From contig CAWGZR010000011.1 of NCBI GenBank assembly GCA_963827165.1, positions 1 to 64,000 of the forward strand: a stretch of DNA of 64,000 bases, given 5' to 3'. Shown here piece after piece: positions 20,990 to 31,396 of this stretch. This stretch comes from Candidatus Bathyarchaeota archaeon. Lineage in GTDB: Archaea > Thermoproteota > Bathyarchaeia > Bathyarchaeales > Bathycorpusculaceae. The translations under genes and the position numbers were made by a program. Under the pieces are notes generated by a model. It saw only the letters and a list, made by a program, of their open reading frames with translations. It did no database searches and was not told where the DNA came from. Each line of letters starts with the position of its first letter. The stretch's first letter is position 1.

Positions 20990-22411
20990 CTATTCCCTAT
21001 GCCACTTTACGCCTTTAGCCGTGTCCTCAAGCATTATGCCCATCGCCTTAAGCTGCGCCCTTATGTCATCCGCGTCTTTCCAATTCTTCGCTTTTCGTGC
21101 GGATTCTCGCTTCTGCACCAAGACGTCGATTTCCGTTGGCAGGGCTTCTTCAACCTCAACTTTGCCGATAACGCCTAAAACCTCGTCGATACGCATCATT
21201 AAGCCGCCGATGTCCGCTGCCTCCTGCTTACTCACCTTATTTTCGTCCATCAGATTGTTTATTTCCCGAACGAAATCAAAAAGCGATGCAACTGCTGTCC
21301 CGACGTCGAGGTCATCGTCCATTGATCCGCCGAAACAGGCTTCCAACTTCTCAGATAAAGTAGCAACTATTCCCTTGCTGTCTTGTGCGCCTTCGACTTC
21401 ATGTAGTCGCCGAACGAAATTGCGTAGTTTGCCCACCGCACTTTTAGCTGATTCCAAGGCTTCAAAATTGAAGTTAAACTGTTGCCTATAATGAACCGAC
21501 ATCAGCAAATACCTTATCGCAATCGGGTCACATTCTTTAGCCAACAAGTCGCGAAGAGTGTAAAAGTTGCCGAAGGCATTTTGCCATTTTCTTGCCTTCA
21601 ACAAACAAATGCTCATTATGCAACCAATAATTTACAAACTTCTTGCCCGTTGCTGCCTCACTTTGCGCAATTTCATTCTCATGATGCGGGAACATATTGT
21701 CGACGCCGCCGCAGTGGATATCAAACGTTTCGCCAAGATACTTCATCGACATTGCTGAGCACTCGACATGCCACCCTGGTCTGCCTTTACCGAGCTCAGT
21801 TTCCCAATGCACATCGCCGTCCTGAGGTGTCCAGGCTTTCCACAAGGCGAAATCCTGCGCTTCTTCCTTGGCATATTCGTCTTGACTGACCCGTGCACCT
21901 GCTTTAAGTTCCCCTGTCTTTCAGTTTTGAAAGTTTGCCGTAATTTGGGAACTTGCTGATGCAAAAGTAGGTTGAGCCGTCTTCGCCACGGTATGCATAG
22001 CCCTTATCCATTAGCGTCTTGATTAGAGTGACCATTTCTGGGATATGGTCGGTGGCTCTTGGGTAAACGTCGGCTGGCTCAACATTTAGGGATTTGAGGT
22101 CTTCGAAGAAGGCTTTGATGTAGAAATCGGTGAACTGCCTCAGCGGCAAATCCTGTTTTTGGCTGCCTTTGATTGTTTTATCATCCACGTCGGTCAAGTT
22201 CATCACATGTATAACCTTGAAACCCCGATACCTGAACCAACGTTTCAATAAATCCTCAAACAAAAACGCGCGGAAATTCCCGATATGAGCGTAGTCGTAG
22301 ACCGTGGGGCCGCAGGTGTACATTTTCACTTTGCCTGTTTCCAACGGTTTGTATGGTTCTTTTCTGCGGGTTAAGAGTGTTAAAAAGAACTATCTTCTGT
22401 TGTTGAGTCAT
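20990..22411 (-). pseudogene. cysS: cysteinyl-tRNA synthetase, split by three +1 insertions (or sequencing errors)
   Basis: [48 protein letters not shown] and KMAK motifs; frame breaks at ~22372, ~21918 and ~21575. Confidence 0.85.
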
Positions 22412-22463
22412 TTTTATACACGAAAAATACTTGAGCCGAAATTATTAAGGATTTAGCAATCTT

Positions 22464-22478
22464 TATAACGTTGTTATA
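22464..22478. promoter_or_regulatory. palindromic operator TATAAC-GTT-GTTATA
   Basis: perfect motif copy between cysS and tRNA-Cys. Confidence 0.8.
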
Positions 22479-22546
22479 CTTTGGATTAACAAAGTACTCC
22501 ACAAACCCTCATATTTCTTATGAGGAAAACAACCCTAGAACTCTAT

Positions 22547-22622
22547 GCCAGGGTAGCCGAAGGGTTCAGGCGGCAGCCTGCAGAGCTGCTTTATGTGGGT
22601 TCAACTCCCATCCCTGGCTCCA
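22547..22622 (+). tRNA. tRNA-Cys(GCA), copy 1
   Basis: acceptor GCCAGGG/CCCTGGC, anticodon loop CT-GCA-GA (G37), T73, CCA. Confidence 0.93.
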
Positions 22623-22767
22623 AGATTTCTCCGTTAGGCTTTAGGATAACAGTCCTCGTTATTATGGAGTTTTGATATACTGCGAGGGTAGTTCGACGAT
22701 AGCTTGAACTCCGAGTGAGCGACCCTGAAAAAACAGCGGCGTTAACCTCAGTTCAAAAACAGAACAA

Positions 22768-23367
22768 TTAACTTTTTCTTGAGAGCAAAAAGAAACCGAA
22801 TTCGCCAAACAGGTTTGATAGAAAACGCACTTGCCTTTTGCCTGATTTGACGAAGGAGCTTTCAACTTGGATGTTTTTGTTTTTGCAGTAGTCCAGAAAG
22901 TCGTTTAGGCTGAGGAAATGCAGGTTCGGCGTGTTGTACCATTGGTAGGGGAGCGCGGCTGTGACAGGGACGCGTCCTTTGAAGAATATGTTGGCTCTGG
23001 CTTTATAGTGTGCGAAGTTTGGGATGCCGACGATGGTTTTTTTGCCTACCCTCAAGGCTTCCTGCAGGGCTAAATCTGGCTTTTTAACTTGCTGAATCGT
23101 CTGATTTAGAATGACGTAGTCAAAGGAGTTGTCGGTGTATTCTGATAGTCCAGTGTCTATGTCTTGTTGAAAAACACTTAAGCCTTCGGCGACGCACCGC
23201 ATAATGGACTGTTCGCTGAGTTCGATTCCTTGGGCACGTACATTCCGCAGCCGTACAAGGAAGGATAAGAGCTCGCCGTCTCCGCAGCCCAGGTCTAGCA
23301 CGGATGCACCGTCAAAAATCCATCTGGCGAAAGCCAGATATTCGATTCTGTTAGCGGGTTGCGTCAT
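22768..23367 (-). CDS. metW: methionine biosynthesis protein MetW
   Basis: VLDLGCGDGELL, FDYVILNQT, PNFAH and LPYQWYNTPNLH motifs. Confidence 0.92.
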   Translation of the reverse strand: MTQPANRIEYLAFARWIFDGASVLDLGCGDGELLSFLVRLRNVRAQGIELSEQSIMRCVAEGLSVFQQDIDTGLSEYTDNSFDYVILNQTIQQVKKPDLALQEALRVGKKTIVGIPNFAHYKARANIFFKGRVPVTAALPYQWYNTPNLHFLSLNDFLDYCKNKNIQVESSFVKSGKRQVRFLSNLFGEFGFFLLSRKS

Positions 23368-23372
23368 CGTTA

Positions 23373-24506
23373 CTATGCTCCGCTGTTGTTACAAACTCCA
23401 TTTAAGAAGTTGCTAATTAAGGACACCTCTTGTTCCGTTTCCAGTAGGAAGGCGTCGTGACCATAAGTTGAGTTTAATTCACAGTAGCTTGCGTCTACGC
23501 CGGCCAACTTGCATGCTTTCACTATTTCCTGGGACTGGTACGCTGGGTAGAGCCAATCAGACTTAAACGCGAGAACAAGAACTTTAGCATGCAACCCCTT
23601 GAAGATGTCTCCGAGGCTGTGACCGTTTAAGATGTTGAAGTAATCTGTGGCTTTTGTTATGTAGAGATAGCTGTTCGCATCGAAGCGTTTAACGAAGTTG
23701 TCCCCTCGGTAACGAAGGTAGCCTTCAACCTCGAAATCTGCGCCGAACTTGAACGCAGCCTTCTCGGATTTGAATTTCCGACCGAACTTCTCCGCCATCG
23801 AAGCATCACTCATGTAGGTTATATGCCCAATCATTCTTGCGATGGCTAACCCTTTAGCTGGGATGTTGTGGCCGTAGTAGTCGCCGTTTCGCCAGTTGGA
23901 ATCTGCCATGACCGCTTGTCTGCCGACCTCATTGAAAGCTATTTGCTGAGGCGTATGCTTCAGCGTCGTCGCAATCGGGATCGCTGCTCGGATTCTCTGG
24001 GGGTAAGAAACCATCCATTGCAAAACCTGCATACCGCCCATCGAGCCTCCGACAACCGCCAAAAGCTTCTCGATGCCTAAGTAGTCGATAAGGTGCCTTT
24101 GCGCATTAACCATGTCGCAAACGGTGACCGGCGGGAAGCTGATGCCGTAGGGTTTGTTCGTTTTAAGGTTGATTGAAGACGGACCTGTGGAACCCCTGCA
24201 GCCGCCCAAGATGTTGCTGCAAATGACAAAGTACTTGTCGGTGTTGATGCCTTTGCCTTCGCCGATTAGGTTGCTCCACCAGCCGTCTTCTCCCGCTGCA
24301 TGGGAATCACCCGTGAGCGCATGCAAAACAAGAATTGCGTTTGATTTTTCCGGGTTGAGTTCTCCGAATGTTTCATAGGCAAGGGTTATTGGACCAAGCG
24401 TTTCGCCTGATTCGAGAATAAGCTCCGCTGGAGGTTGTGCAAAAGTGAAGGTTTGGATTTGTGAATGTTCCAGTTTGTTTGTGCTTGTGACCTTTTTTGC
24501 CTCCAA
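23373..24506 (-). CDS. metX: homoserine O-acetyltransferase
   Basis: HALTGD, GGSMGG, RFDANSY and YGHDAFL motifs. Confidence 0.95.
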   Translation of the reverse strand: MEAKKVTSTNKLEHSQIQTFTFAQPPAELILESGETLGPITLAYETFGELNPEKSNAILVLHALTGDSHAAGEDGWWSNLIGEGKGINTDKYFVICSNILGGCRGSTGPSSINLKTNKPYGISFPPVTVCDMVNAQRHLIDYLGIEKLLAVVGGSMGGMQVLQWMVSYPQRIRAAIPIATTLKHTPQQIAFNEVGRQAVMADSNWRNGDYYGHNIPAKGLAIARMIGHITYMSDASMAEKFGRKFKSEKAAFKFGADFEVEGYLRYRGDNFVKRFDANSYLYITKATDYFNILNGHSLGDIFKGLHAKVLVLAFKSDWLYPAYQSQEIVKACKLAGVDASYCELNSTYGHDAFLLETEQEVSLISNFLNGVCNNSGA

Positions 24507-24524
24507 AAATGAGGGGAATGCAGC

Positions 24525-24539
24525 TATAACGCTGCTATA
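24525..24539. promoter_or_regulatory. operator variant TATAAC-GCT-GCTATA
   Basis: one-mismatch copy in the metY-metX gap. Confidence 0.65.
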
Positions 24540-24542
24540 GAT

Positions 24543-25844
24543 TTAAGGTTTCGCCGAAATTTTTAATGCTTGATCCAAATCTTCGATGATGTCCTCTGGG
24601 TCTTCGATGCCTACGGATAGTCTGATGTAGTCTTCTGTGACTCCTGTAGCTTCCTGTTCTGCCTTTGTTAGTTGCTGGTGGGTTGTCGATGCCGGGTGGA
24701 CGATTAGGCTTTTTGTATCTCCGATGTTCACCAAGTGTGATAAAAGCTTCACTGACTCGATGAGTTTACGTCCTGAATCTTTGCCGCCTTTGATTCCGAA
24801 TCCGACCAGGCCGCCATAGTTGCCTTGGAGGTATTTTGCCGCGATCTTGTGGTTTGGATTGTCAGGCAGGCCGGGGTAGATGACCCAGCTTACGAGCGGA
24901 TGCTGCTTAAGGAACTGTGCCACTTTTAAGGCGTTTTCAGAGTGTTTACGCTGTCTAAGGGGCAGTGTTTCTAGGCCTTGCAGGAAAAGCCATGAGTTAA
25001 ATGGACTCAACGCTGGTCCTAAGTCTCTTAAGAGTTGCACACGTATTTTGAATATGAACGCAACATTGCCCAAGCCTGGAAAGTTGCTGAAGGCGTCCCA
25101 ATATTTGAGACCATGGTAGCTAGGGTCGGGTTCTGTGAATTCGGGGAATTTGCCGTTGTTCCAGTTGAATTTGCCCCCGTCAACTACTATGCCGCCGATA
25201 CTTGTTCCGTGTCCTCCGATGTATTTCGTTGCTGATGAGGCAATTATGTCCGCTCCATAGTCAAGTGGTCTTACTAATCCTATCCCCACAGTGTTGTCGA
25301 CGACTAACGGTATTCCTGCATCATGAGCTATTTTAGCCAAAGCCTCAAAGTCGGGAACATCAAGTTTTGGGTTACCGATGGTTTCAGCATAGACGGCTCT
25401 TGTTTTGGAGGTTATTGCTTTTTTGAATTCCTCTGGCTTTTGTGAGTCAACGAAGATTACTTTTCGACCCAACTTCGCAAATGTGTAGTGAAGCAGGCTG
25501 TAGGTTCCGCCGTAAAGGTTGTTGGCTGCAACAATTTCGTCGCCGACCTGTGTTATTGCCAGCAACGAAAGTGAAATAGCTGCTTGTCCCGAGGCTACCG
25601 CTAATGCGCCTGTGCCGCCTTCAATGGCTGCTACACGTCTTTCGAAGACATCGGTTGTTGGGTTCATTAACCGGGTATAAATGTTTCCTAGTTCTTTTAG
25701 CGCGAAAAGATTCGCCGCGTGATCAGTATTTTTGAAGACATATGAAGTCGTCTGGTAGATCGGAACCGCCCTTGATCCAGTTGTTGGATCGGGTGTTTCT
25801 TGACCTGCGTGGACGGCTATTGTGTCTAATCTTTTTTTACTCAT
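24543..25844 (-). CDS. metY: O-acetylhomoserine sulfhydrylase
   Basis: [29 protein letters not shown] and [10 protein letters not shown] motifs. Confidence 0.95.
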   Translation of the reverse strand: MSKKRLDTIAVHAGQETPDPTTGSRAVPIYQTTSYVFKNTDHAANLFALKELGNIYTRLMNPTTDVFERRVAAIEGGTGALAVASGQAAISLSLLAITQVGDEIVAANNLYGGTYSLLHYTFAKLGRKVIFVDSQKPEEFKKAITSKTRAVYAETIGNPKLDVPDFEALAKIAHDAGIPLVVDNTVGIGLVRPLDYGADIIASSATKYIGGHGTSIGGIVVDGGKFNWNNGKFPEFTEPDPSYHGLKYWDAFSNFPGLGNVAFIFKIRVQLLRDLGPALSPFNSWLFLQGLETLPLRQRKHSENALKVAQFLKQHPLVSWVIYPGLPDNPNHKIAAKYLQGNYGGLVGFGIKGGKDSGRKLIESVKLLSHLVNIGDTKSLIVHPASTTHQQLTKAEQEATGVTEDYIRLSVGIEDPEDIIEDLDQALKISAKP

Positions 25845-25887
25845 TTTTTTAATGCCCCTTTGATTTTTGTTTATTGAAAAGACTTCT

Positions 25888-25902
25888 CATAACGGTGTTA
25901 TA
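25888..25902. promoter_or_regulatory. operator CATAAC-GGT-GTTATA in the metY promoter
   Basis: one-mismatch copy; minus-strand context TGCAAGAAGGCATATAAC. Confidence 0.75.
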
Positions 25903-26216
25903 TGCCTTCTTGCAAAAAATATTCCAAAAGGAATATCAAACCATCAAACCCATACATGCAATACGTTTCCCACACTCAAAAATATCGCCAAACTCAATCG
26001 CCGAATATCTATAGAGCAGCCGGAACAAGCCGAAATGACGGTATAAGCCAATCTCCAATCGCCCAACTCGGATGCAAAACCCGGTTGATTGATCCCTATA
26101 CTAACGCAAAAGAGTCCTTGAAGGTTAGAATCCAAAAAAAAACCAAGAACAAAACGGCGATCCCAGTGAATCGCTGAAGGCGCTTAGGATATTAAGTTAC
26201 TTTGCAAAAGTTTGTC

Positions 26217-26561
26217 CTAAATTAAAGTCAAGGTCAACTTGGCTTTAATGTTTGATATCCCTTTGACTTGGTTAAGCAATATTTCGTTAAGCTTTTCAAA
26301 AGATTCTGCCTCGACAAACGCAGCTATATCATACATTCCTTTCAAGGGGCAAACTTCGCTGATGCCTTCAATCTTCCTGAGGTCTGATATGACTTCGACA
26401 GAATCTGCTGGTGATGTATTTATTAGCAAAAGAGCCCTTTCAATGGCATTAATCACATGACATTTTTTCTTGTAACTTTCTGAAGGAATCTCCGAACAAA
26501 AATGGTTGTTTAATTCAAAGGTTTGTTGAGTTTTCTGCAAGTTAATCCTCCCAGAGTTCAT
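26217..26561 (-). CDS. Lrp/AsnC ligand-binding domain protein
   Basis: RALLLIN...GISEV...GMYDIAAFVEA pattern; start probably ~26457. Confidence 0.75.
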   Translation of the reverse strand: MNSGRINLQKTQQTFELNNHFCSEIPSESYKKKCHVINAIERALLLINTSPADSVEVISDLRKIEGISEVCPLKGMYDIAAFVEAESFEKLNEILLNQVKGISNIKAKLTLTLI

Positions 26562-26683
26562 CTTGCAGTTTTTTCAGCACATTATTCATATCGGTGACTT
26601 GATTTTTAGCTGGCAGGTGGTCGGGTCTTTTCAGTTTTTGTCGAGACATTTTTTCCCTCGCTTTCTTAACTTCTTGATGTTTG

Positions 26684-26847
26684 CTAGCTTTTCCTGTTTC
26701 TTTTTGGCTGCGGAACGGTCAGGGTGTCTTCCGCTTTCTTGAAGACGCAGAAAATTGCTTGGTAGATATGCGCTCCTTTTTGACCTCGATCGGGTTGATG
26801 TCTAGCCCAGCGTATACGGAAAGTAAGTCTAATTTTTTTTTAAACAC
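26684..26847 (-). pseudogene. degenerate 5' fragment of a metY paralog
   Basis: KKKLDLLSVYAG then, after a frameshift, IYQAIFCVFK; MetY reads [12 protein letters not shown]...[10 protein letters not shown]. Confidence 0.6.
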
Positions 26848-26874
26848 TTTTTTACGCTCCTTATTGGTTTTTTA

Positions 26875-27892
26875 GACCTGTGCACAATTCGTTTTTTATA
26901 GTTTTGTTAACTACTAATCTAATGAGCAGGTCTGGGCTGGAATCCTGAAATGCCATCGGTTGGTGTCTCACAGGCTCCATAACCTTTAGAGTATTGGATC
27001 AAGCCCAGTACTTGCTCACGTGCTTTAGACTTTCTTCGCCAAGAACCAAAGATTTCATTGCTTCTGCATCAAAACTTATCAAGGCAGCCATAACCATCGC
27101 CGCTTTCTTCACCAAACCCCTTGGCCTTATCCAGCATTGCTTCAAAACGTTAGCTTTAATGTGCCCGTTAAACTGCTCAACCACATAACGCCTAGTCTTC
27201 AACAGCTGGGCATGCTTGATCTTCTTGCGTTTCCCTCGTCTAGGGTTAGAAGCAATAACCGGCTCAGCATCAATGTCCTTGACGGCTCGGTAGTTTGTCT
27301 TCGAGTCGTAGCCCGCGTCAGCTAAAACGTAATCTGCCTCCAAATCTGCAATCAGCTTGGGAAGAAACGGCGAATCATAACGGTTCCCCGGCGTGACGAC
27401 TGCTCTTAGCGGCAATCCTAACTGGTTTACGGCTGCATGAAGTTTGAAGCCTCTGAATTTTCCTCTGCTTGTGTGACCCCAGCCGGCTTCCATATCGTAG
27501 AGATCCACTAGCGGTGTTGAATCAACAATTAGAAAAGTGGTTGGCGACATGAGCTGAAGCATGCTTGATATTTTTCCAAAAGTCTCTTCAAGTAGGCTGA
27601 GATAGCGTCTCCACCATCTTCCAACAGTGGTTCTATCAGGCACTTTGCACAACCCAAGGGTTCTAGCAGCGTATGAATGCTTCTTTAGATGTTCAACTAT
27701 GCGGGTGTCGTTCTCTAATCCTTTAAGTCTAGCGTATACGAGAACTCTGAGTGCTCTTAGGCGTCCGTATCCTGGATTTCCCCGTCGTTTTGGTTCTGCA
27801 GAAACTATTGCTTTGTTGACGAAAAGCCTGACAACATCACAGGCTTCCATACTAAAACATAATTGGGAAGCAACTTAAATTCTGCACACCCC
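26875..27892 (-). mobile_element. IS5-like insertion sequence
   Basis: imperfect ~15-bp TIRs (GACCTGTGCACAATT and revcomp GGGGTGTGCAGAATT), TA on both sides, single DDE transposase. Confidence 0.75.
26999..27850 (-). CDS. DDE transposase (DDE_Tnp_1; IS5/IS4-like)
   Basis: IVDSTP, GFKLH, LADAGYDS and RYVVEQFNG motifs. Confidence 0.9.
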   Translation of the reverse strand: MEACDVVRLFVNKAIVSAEPKRRGNPGYGRLRALRVLVYARLKGLENDTRIVEHLKKHSYAARTLGLCKVPDRTTVGRWWRRYLSLLEETFGKISSMLQLMSPTTFLIVDSTPLVDLYDMEAGWGHTSRGKFRGFKLHAAVNQLGLPLRAVVTPGNRYDSPFLPKLIADLEADYVLADAGYDSKTNYRAVKDIDAEPVIASNPRRGKRKKIKHAQLLKTRRYVVEQFNGHIKANVLKQCWIRPRGLVKKAAMVMAALISFDAEAMKSLVLGEESLKHVSKYWA

Positions 27893-27924
27893 TAGGTTTT
27901 TGTTTTGATTGCTTTCATTCTTAT

Positions 27925-27939
27925 TATAACGATGTTATA
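27925..27939. promoter_or_regulatory. operator TATAAC-GAT-GTTATA
   Basis: perfect copy in a leftward promoter context (GCAAAAACGCCTATAAC). Confidence 0.8.
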
Positions 27940-28069
27940 GGCGTTTTTGCGTCTCTTATTCCAAAGGGAATAATGGTTGAAGAAAGCAAACTGCCCCAAT
28001 TTGTGGCAAAAATTTTTGGTCGCCTCGTCTCGGTTGCATTCTTTTTGGAATATCCTGTGCAAAAAAGCA

Positions 28070-28084
28070 TATAACGCTGTTATA
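28070..28084. promoter_or_regulatory. operator TATAAC-GCT-GTTATA
   Basis: perfect copy; context TGCAAAAAAGCATATAAC upstream of the TFS-like gene. Confidence 0.8.
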
Positions 28085-28125
28085 ATCATTATGTTCTTAA
28101 CAAAAAAGAATCAGAGAGAACAAAA

Positions 28126-28605
28126 ATGCCCAAACAAGAACCGTACAATCCAGAATTAGGCCTTGAAAGAAGTCATACGTTCCTAAAGGAAACAAGAACG
28201 GCATTAACTGACCAAACGCTCCTCCATACTTCGGGGAATGAAGAAAACGCAACCCATCACACGTTCGTCATGAGTTTTTGCCCAAAATGCGAAGCATTGC
28301 TTGAGATAGCTCCTGAAAAATCGGCGGAGCTGTACTGTAGAAAATGCAAATACAGAGCTAAACTCGGGCAGAAGCGTATCCTGGAAAAGAAAATTGACGT
28401 TTCCCAAAGCATTCACAGAGAAATAGCTGTCTTGAACCTGGAAGATACAAAGTTAAGAACCTTTCCGGCTGTTCACAAAATTTGCCCTGAGTGCAATAAC
28501 GGCACAAGCGAAATCTGGACTATGGCGATCGGGTCAGAGGGAACCACAGGCATAACCTTCCTGAGATGCACGGCTTGCGGATATACCAGAAGGGAGGCGG
28601 AGTAA
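28126..28605 (+). CDS. TFS/RpoM-like double zinc-ribbon protein lacking the acidic catalytic hairpin
   Basis: MSFCPKC..CRKC and CPEC..CTACGY ribbons; hairpin AIGSEGTT instead of QTRSADE; conserved part starts at ATG 28270. Confidence 0.8.
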   Translation: MPKQEPYNPELGLERSHTFLKETRTALTDQTLLHTSGNEENATHHTFVMSFCPKCEALLEIAPEKSAELYCRKCKYRAKLGQKRILEKKIDVSQSIHREIAVLNLEDTKLRTFPAVHKICPECNNGTSEIWTMAIGSEGTTGITFLRCTACGYTRREAE

Positions 28606-28744
28606 ATCGTGACCCAGGCAAAGGTTAACACCGTCAGAACACCGGTGAAACCTTCAAAACTGTTTGGACCAAGTCAAAAAAAGAAAAACAGTTGTGTAGC
28701 AATTTACTTAAGCGGAGAGATAGCTGAACCTATTTACCTTAGCC

Positions 28745-29731
28745 ATGTTTAATCTTGATTATTTCCTTTTTCCGAAAGATCTTGGGTCAAAATTAAAAAC
28801 AACAAAAAACGTCCGCCGCAAAAATCAATATAGAGACGAAAATAAGGCTAGTTTTATGAAAGATGCAGACATCCAAAAATTTCCAATTAACGACGGTTTC
28901 AACTTAAGCTATCGCTGTTGGAAGGCTACTAAATCGGTTAGACGCGTAGTCGTTTGCATCCACGGCATCGGAGATTACTCGGGCTGGTTTGAAAATATCG
29001 GGCCTGATTTGGCAGCGGACGGAAACCAAGTTTATGCCTTGGACCTGCGGGGTTTTGGGGATTCGCAGGAGCAAGGGTTCCCAAGAGGCTACGTTAGCAA
29101 CTTTGAGAGGCACCTACAGGACCTGGACGATTTTATCGTTTATTTACGGGAGCGGCATAAAGGAAAAAAACTATATTTGCTCGGTCATAGTTTAGGCGGC
29201 ATCTACAGCATTTGGTACGCAGCTAACCATCCTGACTGCCTTGACGGTTTAGTGCTTGCGTCGCCTGCTGTAGCTTCAGCGATAAATGACTTAAAAAATT
29301 CGTTTGTCATAGTTACTTGCAAACACTTTCATCCCACGAAAAACTTACAATCCCTATCCTCGAAGCGCAAAAAAGAGGGATCCGGAAGAAATCAAAATTA
29401 TGCGTGAAGACCCCTTAGAAGCGAGGCAGCTAACGGTCAACTATCTTTCAAAAGTAAAAAAGAGGCTTTTAAGAGATGTTTTAAAAAATGCATCTTGTGT
29501 ACAAGCGCCGACTCTTATACTTCAAGGGGAAGCAGACACAACAGCACTGCCAAGAGGAGCCAAAAAGCTCTACGGAATGCTAAATGTAAAGATAAGAGAC
29601 TGAAGTTATTTTCTGATGCTGGACACTGGTTCTACGACGCGCTAAGTCCAGCGGTTCCCCGCGCAAAGTTTGACCCGGCAAAAAGAGAACAATTCGTTCT
29701 CGAAATAAAAGATTGGCTGAGAAATCATTAA
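28745..29731 (+). pseudogene. alpha/beta hydrolase (lysophospholipase-like), frameshifted
   Basis: IHGIG, DLRGFG, GHSLGG, ILQGEAD and AGHW motifs spread over three ORFs. Confidence 0.75.
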
Positions 29732-29772
29732 AAAATGAAAAATAGAATATATAGAAAAGTGTTGAGCCAACG

Positions 29773-30999
29773 CTAGACAACTTTGCTTAAAATATCCACG
29801 AAACGGTCGATCTCATCAAACGTGTTGTATAAGTAAAAGCTTGCTCGTGCCGAAGACTGCAACTTGAAGATTTCATGTAGCGGTTGCGCACAGTGAAAGC
29901 CGCTTCTTATTTCTATGCCATAGTTGTCAAGAAAAAGTGCGACATCGTGAGATGATAAGCCTTCAACGTTGAATGGAATAATTCCACTGCTCAAAGTTTT
30001 TTCACTGTGCCCATAAATAACGACGTTCTTGAGTTCACGCATTCGCTTAATTGCGTAATCAGTTAGTTGTCTCTCATGCTCCTGAACTTCCTTTAGCCCG
30101 ATTTGTTCGAGATATTTGACGGCGGCGCCTAAACCTACAATCCCCGAAATGTCAGGCGTTCCAGCTTCAAACTTTCCAGGCAAACTATTGAAAGTTATAT
30201 TGCATTGGCTTTGTTCTTTATTGAAAGAAACATCACTTATCATGCTTCCCCCGCCTTGGAAAGGCGCCATTTTCTCAAGAATCTCGGCTTTGCCATAAAG
30301 CACGCCTATTCCTGTTGGACCCAGCATTTTATGGCCTGAAAAAGCCAAAAAATCAACATCTAAATCTTTAACGTCAACGGGCAAGTGAGGAACAGACTGG
30401 GCTCCGTCGACAAGCATTAATGCGCCATAATCGTGTGCTACCTTAGCTATCTTTTTAACATCGTTAATTGCGCCTGTTACGTTTGAAACATGAGTTAAAG
30501 AAACAAGTTTAGTTTTATCTGATAATTTGCTTTCAAAGTCTTCGTAATCCAGGGAACCGTCATCGTTGACGTTTACATATTTGATTTCAAATCCCTTTAA
30601 TTGCGAAATTATGTCCCACGGTACAATGTTGCTATGGTGTTCCATTGTGGAAATTAAGATTTCATTGCCTTTTTTCAGCGTATGCAGACCCAGCGAGTAA
30701 GCTACAAGATTGATTGCTTCAGTGGTACCTCTGACAAAAACAATCTCAGCGCTATCTGCGGCGTTTATGAAGTGCGCGACTTTTTCGCGGGCTTCTTTTT
30801 GCATATCCGTTGCTTCTTGGGAAAGCATATGGAAAGCTCTGCCGATGTTGGCGTTATGGTTCTTGTAAAAATCCACTATAGCGTTAATTACTTGTATTGG
30901 TTTTTGCGAAGTTGCCGCATTGTCAAAGTATACTAAGGGGTTGTTGTTTATTTTACGTTTTAGAATTGGAAAGTCTTCTCGAATTTTATTAACATCCAA
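29773..30999 (-). CDS. sufS: cysteine desulfurase, SufS/Csd type
   Basis: YFDNAATSQKP, EHHSN, SGHKMLGPTG and RSGFHCAQ motifs. Confidence 0.93.
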   Translation of the reverse strand: MDVNKIREDFPILKRKINNNPLVYFDNAATSQKPIQVINAIVDFYKNHNANIGRAFHMLSQEATDMQKEAREKVAHFINAADSAEIVFVRGTTEAINLVAYSLGLHTLKKGNEILISTMEHHSNIVPWDIISQLKGFEIKYVNVNDDGSLDYEDFESKLSDKTKLVSLTHVSNVTGAINDVKKIAKVAHDYGALMLVDGAQSVPHLPVDVKDLDVDFLAFSGHKMLGPTGIGVLYGKAEILEKMAPFQGGGSMISDVSFNKEQSQCNITFNSLPGKFEAGTPDISGIVGLGAAVKYLEQIGLKEVQEHERQLTDYAIKRMRELKNVVIYGHSEKTLSSGIIPFNVEGLSSHDVALFLDNYGIEIRSGFHCAQPLHEIFKLQSSARASFYLYNTFDEIDRFVDILSKVV

Positions 31000-31102
31000 G
31001 TACTTTACCTCCTAATTGTAAAGTGAATCATGACCCGTCAGCTGATAAAACGGGACTGAGGGCTTTTAGCTAAGAGAAAAAGGTCAAAGAGATGGCGTAG
31101 GC

Positions 31103-31175
31103 GCTGGTTCTCGGAACAGCTGCACTGAGGTAGCGTTCGCCTGCGTGTGCAATAATAATTTGATAAGTTTGCCTC
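31103..31175 (-). pseudogene. degenerate 3' fragment of a cysK paralog
   Basis: minus strand GGCAAACTTATC...CAGGCGAACGCTACCTCAG...TGTTCCGAGAACCAGC matches cysK 42091-42165 (16-nt exact core). Confidence 0.65.
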
Positions 31176-31206
31176 CTTTGATCTTAGTTTGCTAAAGAAG
31201 CGAACC

Positions 31207-31221
31207 CATAACACCGTTATA
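31207..31221. promoter_or_regulatory. operator CATAAC-ACC-GTTATA
   Basis: one-mismatch copy; flank nearly identical to the metY promoter flank. Confidence 0.75.
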
Positions 31222-31360
31222 TGCTTTCTTGCAAGAAATATTCTAACACGAATATTGCTCATTGAAAAATCGATCAATCGTTTATTGTAGATGATTTCAT
31301 AAAAGCTCGGGCACAAAGTTTACTGGTGAGTGCAAAGGTTTTTTAGAGTCTCTGACAAAA

Positions 31361-31375
31361 AATAACGCTGTTATA
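31361..31375. promoter_or_regulatory. operator AATAAC-GCT-GTTATA
   Basis: one-mismatch copy 21 bp upstream of the ThiI-like gene. Confidence 0.7.
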
Positions 31376-31396
31376 TTGTGCACTTGGGGATAAAAA

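Noticed and set aside
21570-22380. Programmed frameshifting in cysS, cysK and cbs
   Set aside because: No shared slippery motif; similar indels occur in unrelated genes.
22464-22478. Operator as a SurR site or a plain TATA box
   Set aside because: Half-site order is opposite to SurR; the full dyad with a fixed 3-bp spacer confined to the sulfur cluster goes beyond a TATA box.
25905-26200. SAM riboswitch upstream of metY
   Set aside because: No recognisable riboswitch core, and the promoter/operator lies within ~60 bp of the ATG.
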